A program made the translations under genes and the position numbers. A DNA stretch of 64,000 nt from positions 57,476,001 to 57,540,000 of the forward strand of contig OZ076409.1 in assembly GCA_964187785.1 (NCBI GenBank), read 5' to 3'. The notes under the pieces are model-generated. The model had not been told where the DNA came from. It searched no databases and saw only the letters and a list, made by a program, of their open reading frames with translations. This document shows, piece after piece, positions 36,901 through 49,080 of the stretch. The stretch comes from Amphiscolops sp. MND2022. Taxonomy: Eukaryota. Every line of letters begins with the position of its first letter. Position 1 is the stretch's first letter.

Positions 36901-39900
36901 GGGGCGACCCTTTGGTGCAATCCAAAAAGTTTCAAAAAAAGTCGCATAGGGCCGAAAAAAAGTGAAGGGGGAGGCTTAGGGGAGATCCTTAGTGTGTTGT
37001 CGAGGTTCTGTTTGTTTTGTTTTCTTTTTCGTTTTGGACGCGCTTCTTAGGTTCGCCAAGATGTTGAAGAATTGATCTGAACAAAAAGAAAAGAAACAGA
37101 AAGAAAAGTAGACCTTTCGTGTCTAAAAAAAACTACCCACTGTAAGAGTCGGGCACATTTTTTACTAAAATGCGCCGACTAAAAACGAGTGTCAGTAGTC
37201 GTCGGGCTCTTTTATTCTAAAAGCGCCGACTAAAAATGTCGGCTACAAAAAAGTTTGAGATGATTTTTCATTTGGTTTACAAAAAAAATGCTTGTTTGAA
37301 TTTTCCACAACCCGAATTGTAAGTTAAAAATAGTAAATTGCAATTTAAATTCGAGTTTTTCGAATTTTCAGTGGCTTGGAATCATTTTTCGGTATTTTTG
37401 GTTCAAAGACTCCTTATATTGTTTTGAACCTACTGAATACTATAAGACCCGGGTTGACCCTCCATGGATATCTTAATAAGATCTTGGCAAGATCTTGGAA
37501 CAATCTTGGCTGAGATCGTGTCAAGATCTTGCCATAGTATTCATTTTGTCATCATAAGATTTTGGTAAGATCTTATCAAGAGAGCCATGTTCCCAAGAAA
37601 AATTTTAGTGTAAAATCCTATTTGGCAAGAAAAAACATGGAAGGAAGTCAACAAAATCAACATCTATGCAGATTTACATTGTTAGACATTAAAATTTTCT
37701 TTCAGCAAGGTATAAAATTTGATTGAAGAGTCCTTATGCTGTTTATTTAGGGATGACTGATTAAATTGTTCTGTCAATAGCAAAACCGTCGTCAACGGCG
37801 TCAGAAAAGAATCGAGCTGAATCATTACCCAAACCGGGACAATGACCACCATTTCCAGCAGTAATACGGCTGCTGAATCAGGCTCAAAGAAAGACAATGA
37901 TATGAATTTACTAGAAATTTCCGGATTTCTTAGTGTTCTCTGTGTAACTTTCCGATTTCAAATTTTGATTGAAGACATACTGTTTATTTAGAGGAAGGCT
38001 ATGGTTAAATTGTTTTTTCAATTGCAAAACTGTCGCCAACGGCGTCAGATAAGCCTCGAGCTGCAGCATTGCCCACACTGGGGCAATGACCGCCGTTTCT
38101 AGCAGTAACAAGGCTGCTGAAACAGACTCAAAGAAAGTCGGAGATATGATATTACAAAAATTTCTGGATGCTAACTTTCCTGTGTAACTTTCTGATCGAG
38201 GCTCTGGACGTTTGAGAACACTTTTCTCCGTCTCTGGAATCGACAGGAATGATAAATAACAAGTTTTGAAAAGCCCCTAAAATGACCTTTCATTTGGTAC
38301 ATTCGCATTTTTCAGTCTTGAACAGGTGAGAAATTATTTGGATTCTCGTCAGAATTTCGGAAGCCAGAATACGTTTCTTTCGCACAATTTTGCATGCAAA
38401 CTTTTTTCAACAGGTTGGAGCATTTTGATTATGTAAACGAGTAAAAATAGTCGTTGTTGGGTGAAATGGGCCTTCAGATTGAGTCTCAGCTGCTTGTACC
38501 GAAGATATAGTGTTTTTTATGATCTTAAAATTTTGTCTATCGTGATAAGATACGATCTTGGAATAATTTATTATCTTAGTAAGATCCTAATAAAAATCTT
38601 GCCATGAGATCCATGGTTGCCAAGATGTAGTAAGAATTTGTCAAGATCTTGCCAAGACAGCCAAGATGCTAGTAAGAGTGTCAACCCGGGTAGTCGGCTC
38701 TATGTTTCATGTAAGTGTCGGCTAAAAAACATTTATATTGAGTCAATTATACTGACATTTAACCTTCGGTTTTTGTTCGCTAAAAAAAATTTTAGGAAGC
38801 TGTCAAAATAAAAATTAAACGCGGAATATTGTCTCCCATGGCACTCTCAAGTATGTAACTTGTATCATCATGCAATGGATGACCAAATTCGAAGCTTGAA
38901 GCTATAAATTAAATATGACGAATACTGCAGCCTCAATAATGATATACAGAAATTTATATATGGTACGCTTTTGAAGTTCACGACGTTCCAGTTTGATCGA
39001 AAGTTCAAATGAAAAAAAAACATATTGGAAGCACATAATTCATTTTATGAGTTATCTTTACAATTTAATTGAAACAAAAAATGGAAAGCCTTTAAAAAGT
39101 AGAAATCCGATTCACATTGTCATGAATTGAGGAATTAGGAAAAAAACAAATGCTGTAAATTCAGGGTTAGCTTTTTGCGAAAAGCTCATTACCTGGAAAA
39201 TGGAAAAATCAAAAGGGCATTTTGGGACAGTTTTGCAGTATAATATTGAGTTTTACAGGCACGCTGGCTGTTAATGTTTGACCAAGTTCCCAAAAGTTCA
39301 TTCAACTGAAATATTTTTCTATCACCAAGTCAGGAAAAGTGATTCTCTCGGTTAACAATTCTTTGTTTCTCATGTCTCTGCCCATATCGCGATAAAACCA
39401 TCCCCGTTTAAATCAACCCAACGAATCTGAAAATGAATATCTTTCTTGACTTACATTTTTGAGTCTCAGTATGTTGCCTCACCTGAATGACCGATAATAT
39501 TTTCCTATAGTATGCAATGCAACTGAAATTTTTAAAAAATGATTAAATATTCGGACAGTTTTTGAACTTTGCTCACGCCAAATTTTACACTTTTACCGTT
39601 TTTGATGACAATTGTAACGAAACTCACTTCAAAATGAAAAAAATGAGCACAATATATTGAAGTTTATATATGCTTCTTTTGACTGAATATGAAGTGAATT
39701 ATTGAATTTACCAAAATCGAGATCAAAACAGAGACTGCAGAAATATTGACAAATGAGATTTTTCAACTTTTCTGTCAAGACAAGTAAAAAGATCCCTGTT
39801 CTGCTTGAAAACTACCTCCAAGCTCTGAGAAAAGTTGAAGTTCCTGTGATGTTTCATGATTATCAATTGAACACTTCCCCGAAATTATGTTTCAAAAAGG

Positions 39901-42339
39901 AATTCTTCAATTTCTATTACAGGCAAGGAGGCTGCCAGGCTGCGCTGGGAGTTCGAAGAAGAAAGGGCTGGAAAGAAGAAGGGGTCAAGCAACACGAACG
40001 AGATCTTTCAAACCGAGGCTTCGCACTCCATGGCTATGTTGGCCGACCTCGACAGGCAAGTGAAAGAAGCGATGACCAAGAAACAAGAATCGCTGAGAGA
40101 GCTGCGTGAACTGCAAAACCAACTCAAGTCCAACAGGGCCGCGCCTGTTGTTCACGCCGAGAGTAACACCAGGGGTGCCTCCCAAACTGGGGATGTATGT
40201 CACTCTGGATCCAGGGCCGGTGCTTCCAGCTCCAAAGGGGCCGTCTATGATTCGACAGACTACCAGCTATTAGAGTACAAGGTTGAAAGTGCAAAACGAG
40301 AGTTGCATAACATTGACGATCAGATTGCGTCAAGGAAGAAGATGTATGAAAACACTCTGGGTGTCAACACTGCTGAGGTTTTGGCAATTATTGAGGAACG
40401 AGACGCACTCAAGAAAAAAATAGCCAGCGGCGAGTATGCGTTTAGCTATGTAGAGAAATTAGAATTGGAAAGACAAGTGAATATTGCGAAGGAGCAGCTG
40501 TTCGCAGAGCAAAAATGTGCCCGCAAAAATGCGGAAAAGATGCAAGAAGAAATAGAAGAGTGTCAAAAAACAATCGAAGACTATCAGAGCACAAATCAAG
40601 AATTAGCCAGCAAAATTGAGTACCTCGAACGTGAAATGCGCGCCAAGTCTGAAGAAGCCGCCCAAAGGGAAGACCAGTTGAAGGCCGAGATTCGAGAACT
40701 CAAAAACGAAATTGAGGATCGAAAAACCGCCGAGCATCGATTGTCTTTGGACGCCGCTGATAAAGAGAAGAACAATCAAGAGCTTCATCTGATAATACTG
40801 GAGAAGGAAAAACAGATTAGTCAAGCATACGAGGCTAAGGCTCAATTGTCTAGAGACAAGCTGGAAGAGATTGGAAATTTGAAAGCTGAGCATGCGGGAA
40901 ACATCAAAGTTTTGACTGCACAATTGGGCAATGATCATAAAGCGGCTTTGAGCGCTCTTGAGAAGAAAAAATGCGACGAAATTAAAGATATGTGTGAAAA
41001 ACACAAAAATGAGGTTTCAGAATTGAAATCCTCACACTGCAAGATCATCGAAAACTACTGTTTCGACATTGAAAGTTTGAAACGCGCTCTTAGCGACGAG
41101 CAACAGAAAAATAGCGAAACGATTCGAAAGATGAAAATCGAATTTGAAGACGAGCTGAAAAGCGCTGTTCATAAAGAACGCGCTTTCAGCGACGAAGAAC
41201 AATCTAGAATCGTGTCAAAGGAGAAACATTTGTATGAGGACGAATTGAAACGAGTTAGCTGCCGACTCAATGACGCGATCGAGTACGAAAAATCCCAGGT
41301 GAGCGAACTGAAACAAGCCAATGAAAAACTGAAGAAGGAGTTTGAACAAACCCTCGAAAAGCACAAGCACAGCGTAGCAGAGCTCTCGTCCAATCACGAA
41401 TCAACAATCGAGGGCTTGAAAAAGCAGCATTTGGTCGAAATTGAGCAACTTCGTCAACGAATGGCGAGCGAGCGCGACAATGAAGTTGGAAAACTGTGCA
41501 AGCAAATCGAAGAAATCGAGATGAAGTTCCGACATCTAGACAAAGACCATGTTGATCTTAACACCAAAGTTGAGTACTTCTTCAGCGTGTTTGATCATCA
41601 TGAGAAAACGATTGTCTGCGAAGTCAATGATCTTTGCAAAATGATCGCTGAAACATTGGAAATTGATGCGAGGAAAGTCACATCTAAAGTTTCACCCATG
41701 AAACCACATCAAATGCTAATGAACCCTGCTCTGCAGAAAACAACGACCCGAAATTGTCTTGCCAACATGCGAGCAACCGTTACTGACCTGGTGAACAACT
41801 ATGGCGAGCTTCAGAAAGTCATCGGCGGTCTGAGACACCAGCTGAAAGACCTTAGAAAAGAAACCGAGCAAAAACTGGTGACCTTGAATGAGCATATGAG
41901 CATCGCAAATGAGAAAGAACGGGAGTCTCTGCGCGAGGAGCTAGAAGCCACCCAAGCCAAAATTGTTCTGGAGCTGCAAAATGTAATCAAATTGCGGGAA
42001 AACGAGAATGATGATTTGAGGAAGAAGCTGAAAATAATGGAAAACGAAGTGGAAGGGTTGCACCGATCGATGAACAAATGGAAAGAAGAAACAACCCAGA
42101 GGTTATCACAGACGTTCGAAAATGAGATGAAGAGTCTGTACCTTAGAAGAATGAGAGAAGAACACGAAGCTAACGAGTTGTTGACAAAGCAGAAGCTGCT
42201 CGTGAAACTTGAAGATCAAGTCAGTCGTCTTAGAGCCGAACAAGCCCTCGGCAAAAGCACAGATCAGAGCACTGTAAAGTTGATCAACCACTTGCAAGAT
42301 CGGATCCGCTCTCTCAAGATCGAAACCGGATCACCTTAG
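30974..42339 (+). CDS. Long coiled-coil protein; exons 30974-31034, 31190-31243, 39923-42339 (~843 aa; upstream exons possible)
   Basis: 769-aa E/K/L/Q-rich heptad ORF extends 5' to acceptor TTTCTATTACAG|39923 in phase 1. Two small exons (MADKDHSYDSEFTEEERDII/VNRHKTADEKKKKDKLSP) end in GTAAG donors in phase 1 and splice in frame. AATAAA at 42516-42521. Family not recognised. Confidence 0.8.
31703..37592. repeat. Tandem segmental duplication, ~2945-bp unit (31703-34648, 34649-37592)
   Basis: Both copies start CTGGGCGTTTTTCAGCTCTGGGAG and end AAGAGAGCCATGTT; scattered substitutions; duplicated ORFs in the track. Confidence 0.95.
33691..34243 (-). mobile_element. Helentron-like family A copy nested near the end of another family A-like element (duplicate at 36636-37185)
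   Basis: AACAAGCCGAGAACGGCCAAAGTCGGCGC...GCGCCGACTAAAA, followed ~50 bp later by a second GCGC(C/T)GA(C/G)TAAAAA end. Confidence 0.7.
37448..38690. mobile_element. CCCGGGTTGAC...GTCAACCCGGG MITE (CMC/EnSpm-like) with AAGATCTT subterminal repeats
   Basis: Perfect 11-bp TIR; flanks GA/TA (imperfect 2-bp TSD); orphan left end at 34505-34648 created by the duplication. Confidence 0.7.
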
Positions 42340-45300
42340 AGCGAACCGCGAGTCTTGATTTTCATATGGGTTGTATTACGTATGTAAAATAATATACATC
42401 TTTTATGTTTAACCTCTATTGAAGATGAACGAAACTCGCTTCTTCCTTTTGTTAGAAAAAAATGAATTGAATCATGTTGTAAAGATGTAAATACCAGTGT
42501 AAAGAAAAAGTTTGTAATAAATTTTATATGGACACATTTATTACAAGCGCTATGCAATGAAAACAGCACATTTGTAACGATCAGGAATTATAATATTGGG
42601 GCAGTGATGTTCGAAGATTAAACTGAGGTTGCCCAGAAGCTAAAATAATGCGAAGAGCTGCAACTTGTGGGGGAAATTTTTCAGCAAAATTCAAATACTT
42701 CAATCTTTTTACTAAAATTATTCATCTAAATATTAGTATTGTGATCAATATAGAAAAAAAACTTACAACGGCCAACAATTGGAGCTGAAATAACGCTGAT
42801 AAATATATTTTTTTCAGATATTGCAGGAGTCTTTTTAATCAAATTATGCAGTTTTTTGCGCAATTCATATTTTGAATAAATATGCGCAAGTTTTTAAAAT
42901 ACGCTGTGGTGGTTGAGTAAATTCGGTGAAAACTCACTTTCCGAAAAACTTAATGTGGGACATTTTCATTTCATTCAGTTCGAAAATGTAAAACAAAATG
43001 ATCAAAGAGGGACCCTTCGGGACTCCGGGATGTCACTAAAAGTGGACCATTCGGTGTGACGTCTGTGTTCAACATAAAACTTGCGACAGGAAGAGTCCGG
43101 CACTTCTTAGAAACTCGCCAACTAATACCAAGCCATTATTGTTTCATGCTCATGGCTGAAAATCTCTAGTTTGTATATCAAAGTTGATCAAATTATTATT
43201 TTCCGCCCATATTCCATATGGGAAAGGAAAATGCATAAATCAGCCACGTTTTTTTTACAAAAATGACAATGTTCGAAATTTATATTCAAAGTGAAGGAGG
43301 TCACCCACAGAAATCACTCAAAAAAATTTAGCTTCGTGCAATATGCATTTGCAGAGATTTTTGAATTTTTTTTAGAGATGACCAAAATGACCCAAAATGA
43401 CCAAAACTCCAAAATTTCCCAATTTTTATGCAATTTTTGTCAAACTTTCGTAGACTACGCAGATTAGAATGTTAAAAATGTTTAAAAAGGAACAATTTCG
43501 TTATCCAATAGTCTTCTGTGAAGCGAGTAGTGCAGTTTTTTTAAAAAATAATTGTCTCAAATTGACACCCATAATGACAAACGCAATTTCATGGGCTAGA
43601 AAGTTTAAAAAAGCCAAAAACGAAGGAACTAGCAGTACGCTTTTTGAAGAGAACGTTGCAGCGTTTTGCTTCAAAAACACTTTAGAATGACTCTTTTCAA
43701 CATCATCACGCTTTTTTGCAACTTATGTGTATTTTTTGAAAAATTTCGTAGTTAAAATGTTGGAAACTTTTAACAACGATTGAACTCGTTATCCAGTAGG
43801 CTTTGTCGAGGACATATTTGCATATTTTTCTTGGATATGCCTGCAAGATATAACTGAAATTTCTCGTTAGAATTGCCCTCAAATGCACACTAAAATCCAA
43901 AACATTGACAGCAAAACACACTCTTTTTTTTGACAATTTTATCCGAAATTTTGTTCAATCCACAACACTTTTTGTGGAATAGAACTTTCATTGAACTGAA
44001 CGTTGAAAAGAAGATATTCAAAACGAAACTTGAGAAAGAACGTGTGCTAAAGTTCTTCAAAATTGATATTAAAAGTGTTAAACTTTTCGACATTTCTGGT
44101 TTTTCGAAAACATAGTCCCAATTTTGGACCTTTTCTGTATTTTTTCTTTTTTGGAAACTATAGGCTCAGGAACGCGTAGCAACCGGTAGTGTTTCTAAAA
44201 GATATCGGATATACTTATATGACAGATATTTTTTGAAAAAACTTTTTGAAATGTTAACTTTTTTCGACGTTTGTAAAAATTATAGCATTCAAACAATTAC
44301 AAGCGAAATAATTGTCTATGGAGTACGCTTTTTTGCAGTTTCGTACAAAGAAAAAAACAACCAAGTGATCCGAAAATCAAAACGTTGTGACGTTTTTATT
44401 CACTTTTTTTGTGAAAGTTCGAACTATTTCGTGGATTAGAACGCTGTAAACATTCAACTACGACTGAACTCGTCTTCAGTAGGCTTTTTAGAGAAGACAT
44501 TTGTCGTTCCTTGCTCAAGAGGTTCCTTAAAATGACCCCAGTTTTGTAGAAAGTAACAAACTTTTCCACATTTTGACGCTTTTGGTGACGTTTTGTGCAC
44601 AAATTTCGTAAGTTAGGTACTGGTATCCACATAGTACAACAACAAAACAAATAGGTATATAGCGTGTTTATTAGTTAGGTGTTTCCTTCAAAATCGGGTT
44701 AAGATGAATGAGAACATTTCCCGCGAGTTTCTTTGAATGTCAAAAGTGCATTGGCTGCACTTGAGCCTCAAATTTAGGTCGTTGTAGAACAGCTCAGGCG
44801 TCTTATTTTTCGTTTTCCTTTGAAACAAAAATGCTTAGTTTCAGAGCAGGAATTTTTCTGGCATTTTCTGCCAATAGCCACTAGGTACACTGGAAGGTAC
44901 TTTCCATTTGGCCCGGAGTCTAACGCAAGTTTATTCTCGTGGCGAGTGATTTTCACTGTGTGAACGTGGGTTAGAATACAGTTTCAGACAAAACGCTTAT
45001 GCTTGCAAAAATATAGAAAAGATCTAAGGGCCACCTTATGTGGTTTTTATTTGATATTGTCCGACTTTTTTTGACAATTTTCACAATTTACATGAGCTCT
45101 TCCCTTTGATTACTTTTGATTTTAGCGACAACAAAGCATCTTATCAGCTTAGAGAGCCTCTTTGGGTTTTTCTACAGTTTGCAACGTTTTTAGAGAAACA
45201 ACTTGTTTCATGTTTTTGGGTGTATTAATAATTTCACGTCAGTTAATTTGTCGTAGTGTAAAACAGATACAAGTCTTCGTAATGTAGGTTTTTGAGCATC

Positions 45301-46125
45301 TTAAAAAAAACTCTGCTCCATATTAACATTGGGAGTGGTCGCCGCTTATTCCCGGGTTGTTTTCAGTTGGGAAATATTCTCTTTGGGCCGGAGGAGGTCG
45401 CCTTTGGACTCCGACATTGTAGGCTTTTTTGCAATTTGACTTTCTGATGATTATCTACTATAACCAAATTTGTGACCTCCTATCCAGTTTTTTTCGAACT
45501 TTAACCTGTATTATTTCAAGTATTGCTAGAAAGAGTGACAAAAGTTTTTTGATTACTTCTTAAAGTTCGTCGTCAGAACCTTCGTCGTCAGGAATCACGT
45601 TCTAAAAAACTTTGTTGCATTTTAGTTTATCTATAAGGAATCGTAATTTCAATATTTTTTATTGAGTCTACTCATAATAATAATTGTTAATTGTGCAATA
45701 TTTGCTATCATTAACGACTCATAAAAAAATTTTGAGAAAAAAGGTTTCAAAAAGGTTTCTAACTATCCATAGAAAACTTTCCATTGCCATCACTCTTTTT
45801 AAAAAATACTTGTATGCAAATTCAAATCTTTTTCGCAGACTTTGAACAATTTTTGAATGTATGTTGGTAAAATAGTTCAGGGCTGAAAACATTCCGTTGC
45901 TTAATGAGTGTCTCGATGAGTTGATTGAATGCAGTTAACTTTTTGCCTCAACGTTGGTATCCAACCAAAGCCTTGTTCTAATTAAATAATTGAAAATATA
46001 AACTAGTATCCCTTCGTGAACGCTGTTAATATTAATTAATCAATGCGGTCAAATTTCTGACGTCGATATTTCTGGATTTGCTAATACGGCGAAATTTTTG
46101 CCTCATGATTCTTAGGGGCAAGTCA

Positions 46126-46520
46126 TTTTTAGTCGGCGTATTTTCGTCACACTGAAAGGTCCACTTTTTACAGAAACTACTAAAACTACAGAGGCTAAGT
46201 CCGACCAGCGGAAACTTAGTGCAAAGGGTCCTCCTTTCAATTTCATGTTTGTTTTTTAATGTTTCTTAAAAACCGGACGAGACTAAAGGGTCCCTTCCAA
46301 TTTTTTTGACGATATGGGACTTTTTTTGTTTCGAAAGGCGTCCCCCCTTCGATTTTATTGAAGTCCCTTCTCGTATTATCCAAAATGAAACGATATATTC
46401 GAACTATATTGCCTTTTTCAAGGAGGAGGCAGAAGTTCGAAAACAGTTTTTCATGAAAACGCCCTACGTATATTTTGAAAACTGCGCTTTTTGAGCCTTA
46501 GATATAGCGCCGTCTTGTTT
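46126..46520 (+). mobile_element. Helentron-like family A copy with deleted 3' hairpin
   Basis: TTTTTAGTCGGCG start; end TTTTGAGCCTTAGATATAGCGCCG^TCTTGTT. Confidence 0.6.
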
Positions 46521-46894
46521 GTTAGACCACAAATCTCAAGGTGGAGGGCCTTGTTTGAACACTTTGTATCCGCCATAATTCGGCCCAGTGTTGGAATACG
46601 CTCTTGCCTAGCAAGATGTCGTGGCTTCGAATCCCGTCCACTGATTTCTTCATAATTGCAAGTTTTGACGGGTTTAAAGGGTCCCGTGTAAAAATCATTT
46701 TGGCACTATGGAACTTTTTTCGAATTTTTTTTTAAAAATAGCGTTCGTTGTTGTTTTCAGTTAGTGAAAAGCGTTATTCGACGCCAGAGGATGTCTTTTT
46801 TGCACTCTTTCATTTTCGATAAATGCCTAAATACATCTAACCATAATTGAGACTTGGTGTTTTTTGAGCTTCAAGCGTGACGCCGTTTTAGACG

Positions 46895-47692
46895 TTTTTA
46901 GTCCGCGCTTCATGAAGTGAAACGCGACTAATATTGTGACTTTTTTTTTCAATCCACACGAACTGACCAAAATAGTTCTCAAAAGTTATACAAAATATTA
47001 TTGCACCAAATTGCACCTATTGGCAGAGCGAACTGAACCAAAAAGGTTTTTCCTGTTTTCCCGCGTAACATACCATACCGGGCGAGACCAAAGGGTCCCC
47101 CCTTTCAATTTTTTTCGGCACTGCAACTTTTTTTCGGAAATTTTTTTCCCCAAAGGGTCCCCCCTTCAATTTTTTGCTGTTTTGCGACAGAATGGATGTT
47201 GAAAAATCCCAAAGGGTCCCCCCTTTCAATTTTTTTCGGCACTGCGAGACTTTTTTCCCGAAAATAAAAATTTCCCACTTCAATTTTTTGATGTTTTGCG
47301 ACAGAATCGATGTTGAAAAACCCTAAAGGGTCCCCCTTTCAGTTTTTCGGCATTGTGAGACTTTTTTTCTAGAAAAATTTTCTCTCCAAAAGGTCCCCCT
47401 TCAATTTCTTTGATATTTTACAACAGATTGGGTGCTTAAAAATCCCAAAAGGTCCCCCTTTCAGTTTTTCGGCATTGTGAGACTTTTTTTCAAAAATTTG
47501 TTTTCTCTCCAAAGGGTCCCCCCTCCAACTGCGACAAAAATGTTGACAATTTCGGAAGTGTCCCCCTTTTAGCGCGCCAGGGGTATTTTTTTGGGTTTCC
47601 GATTTTCGAGTACTGTAAATTGACACTTGGTAGTTCTTTTGCTATTTTTGAGCCTTGGATTTGGCGCCGACTTGGGCCGGTCCCGGCTTGTT
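46895..47692 (+). mobile_element. Helentron-like family A copy with expanded internal GGGTCCCC tandem array
   Basis: Family A termini; repeated AAAGGGTCCCCCCTTTCA units about every 60 bp at ~47090-47525. Confidence 0.75.
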
Positions 47693-48056
47693 TCTTCTAA
47701 TTTCTCCTTTGAAAATGATCCAAAAATTGCAGAGAAGTTTTGGGAAAGTTTTGAAAGTGGATAATTGAAAAGTACGATGGGAGAAACAATGAGATGCTTA
47801 GTGGAGGCTTGTCTTTACAGTTGGTCCTAAATGATTGACTTTCTTGATGCTGATACTGCTTAGTGGCTGGCGGTAGGGAAATGGTTGCTGGAGTTTCTCA
47901 AAAGTTAACAGAACTTCCTTTGCAAAAACAGAACTCAGTCTCCGGATTATCCTCTCGTCATTGTATTCGAGTAACGTTTTTAAACAAAATTTACGTCGTT
48001 TTAAAAAAATGATAAAAGCGGAAAAGAATGAAGAAACCCACAGGAACCAGTAATTT

Positions 48057-49080
48057 ACACAGAGGCGAAGCCGTGCTTCGCAAACACTTGCGAACTTTTG
48101 AAAACCAAATGAAAAATATCTATCATACGTAGAACCAAGGGTAGAAGGACTGTTAAAATTTCATCAATTTTACAGCGCCAAAAATACCCGAAGGGATGGG
48201 CATAAGTCTCGAAAACCATTCTTCCCCAACTGAAAACAGCAAAAAAACTATCTTCCTCAACGGAAAACCTTAAAAAAACAGAAAATTGAAGGAAAAAATT
48301 TTTCGAAATTTTTCCAAAAGATGTTCGAAAAATTTTTTGAAGGTCACCGGCAAATTTTTTGAAGTCGCATAGTGCCGAAAACCTTGACGAGTCCTTTACA
48401 GTCGCAAAACGTTTCATTTTTGGTAAAAATTGAGGGGGGGGACTTCGATAAAAAAATTGAAAAAGTCGCATATAAAAAACACCGGTCTTTAAAAAAAATC
48501 GGATATAGCGTGCTGGGCCTGAGAAAACCTAACTTTAAGACAAAAAGTATTACTTTTGAAAAATCTCACAAGGCCGAAACTTGTGAAAGGGGGGTTCTTT
48601 CAGATTTTTTAATATTCATTCTTTTGCGATATTTCAAAAAAATTGAAGGGGGACCATTTGGAGACTTCGAAAAAATTTCCAAAAATATGCGAATTTTTAA
48701 CAGTCTCATAGTGCCGAAAAATCTGAAAGAAGAGACCTTTGGGAATTTTTTAACGTTCGATTTTTTGCAAAATATCAAAAAAAATGAAGGGAGGACCCTT
48801 TGGGGACATTTAAAAATTTTCGAAAATAAGTCTCAAAAAGCCGAAAAGGGGGGAGTCTCATTGTCGAAAAAAGTGAGAATCTTCTGCTTCGAAAAACTTG
48901 TAAAAAAAACTAGCGCATAGGCACGGGTTCGAACCCGAACCCTTTGGGTTGGTTAAAAAAGCAAGCATCTTACCGCTAGACCAAGAAAGTCTGAATTATG
49001 CGACTTGCGGTCTGAAATGAGAGTTGTCGCGCGGAAAAAAACTCGCATTTTCCCATAACACTTGCTTATCGCAAGTGTAA
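48057..49080 (-). mobile_element. Helentron-like family C with tRNA-Glu-like cassette (~48911-48990, -)
   Basis: Hairpin GCGAAGC-CGT-GCTTCGC, subTIR ACACTTGCGA (48084-48093) / TCGCAAGTGT (49069-49078), fold-back ACACTTGC-TTATC-GCAAGTGT. Further copies at 49682-51375, 51976-53508 and 54109-55677. Confidence 0.75.

Noticed and set aside
40124..42297. Antisense ORFs within the coiled-coil exon
   Set aside because: Expected shadow frames of an E/K/Q-rich coding strand
43128..44690. Probable further repeat element starting with an AGCCAT...ATGGCT hairpin
   Set aside because: Single copy in the window and no matching far end identified
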